Source: Neophaeotheca triangularis (Eukaryota). From it: a stretch of 64,000 nucleotides of DNA. Below, one piece after another: positions 63,573-64,000 of the stretch (position 1 is its first letter; each line of letters opens with the position of its first letter). The DNA is taken from positions 62,001 through 126,000 of the forward strand of contig BAAIJX010000009.1 in assembly GCA_054600435.1 (NCBI GenBank), given 5' to 3'. The position numbers and the translations under genes are program-made. The notes below the pieces were generated by a model. The model saw only the letters and a program-made list of their open reading frames with translations. It was not told the DNA's origin and searched no databases.

Positions 63573-64000
63573 CTAAGACCTATGCTCCACCGCCCTCCCC
63601 TCACTAGTGGCAACCGCGACCAGCGCTTCCAACCTCCCCATATCATGGCTTTCTTGGGAATCATGATGATGAGCATGCTGATGCTGATACCGCTCGGGTG
63701 CCTGCGCGTACCCGTTCGCGAATCGTGGGTCATGGCCCGCTTGAAGCGCATACGTTTGCTGCGGTTGTGCCTGTGGGTGGTGGGGATGGTGATGTGGATG
63801 CTGGTACTGCGGGTGTGGGTAGTAGTAGGGTGGTGGATGTTGGTGGTGATGGGGGGATGGCGCTTGCTGCTGTTGCGTGAGGTACGTCTGATAGCCCGAG
63901 TCAGCTCGCACTACGGCTTCGGGTTTTGGGACTGCTACTGCCGCTGCCGCCGTTGTCTGGGGGGCTGAGGTGGTGAAGTATACCTTTTGCTGCTGCTCGT
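63573..64000 (-). CDS. 3' end of a gene entering from beyond the window; Gln/His/Pro-rich C-terminus, possibly a transcription factor
   Basis: Frame open from 63998 to the stop at 63573; ends MGRLEALVAVATSEGRAVEHRS. Confidence 0.65.
   Translation of the reverse strand, partial: EQQQKVYFTTSAPQTTAAAAVAVPKPEAVVRADSGYQTYLTQQQQAPSPHHHQHPPPYYYPHPQYQHPHHHPHHPQAQPQQTYALQAGHDPRFANGYAQAPERYQHQHAHHHDSQESHDMGRLEALVAVATSEGRAVEHRS

Overview
Filamentous ascomycete (Pezizomycotina-type GT-AG introns with CTAAC/CTGAC branch points) nuclear DNA. The flanks are gene-dense: sphingosine-1-phosphate lyase, V-ATPase B (5 introns), COX12 with a 3-nt microexon head-to-head with an NDUFA4/MLRQ-like gene, an APC amino-acid permease, a Zn-finger-like hypothetical, a bHLH factor, UV-damage endonuclease, an RS/Pro-rich protein, a Zn2Cys6 factor, a hypothetical, alpha-COP and a partial gene at the right edge. 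The centre (35021-54931) is a 19.9-kb TpA-rich, RIP-mutated three-tier nest: a PIF/Harbinger DNA transposon (44-bp TIRs, TAA TSD) whose transposase is split by a Ty3/Gypsy chromovirus (223-bp LTRs, AGTAG TSD), into which a second full copy of the same family has inserted (ACGGG/ATAGG TSD). Most notable: each retrotransposon copy carries, between pol and the 3' LTR, an antisense intron-containing gene of about 430 codons with a reconstructed six-Cys zinc-cluster-like motif, and this gene differs between the copies far more than gag-pol does. All calls are from reading the sequence by eye; no searches were run.
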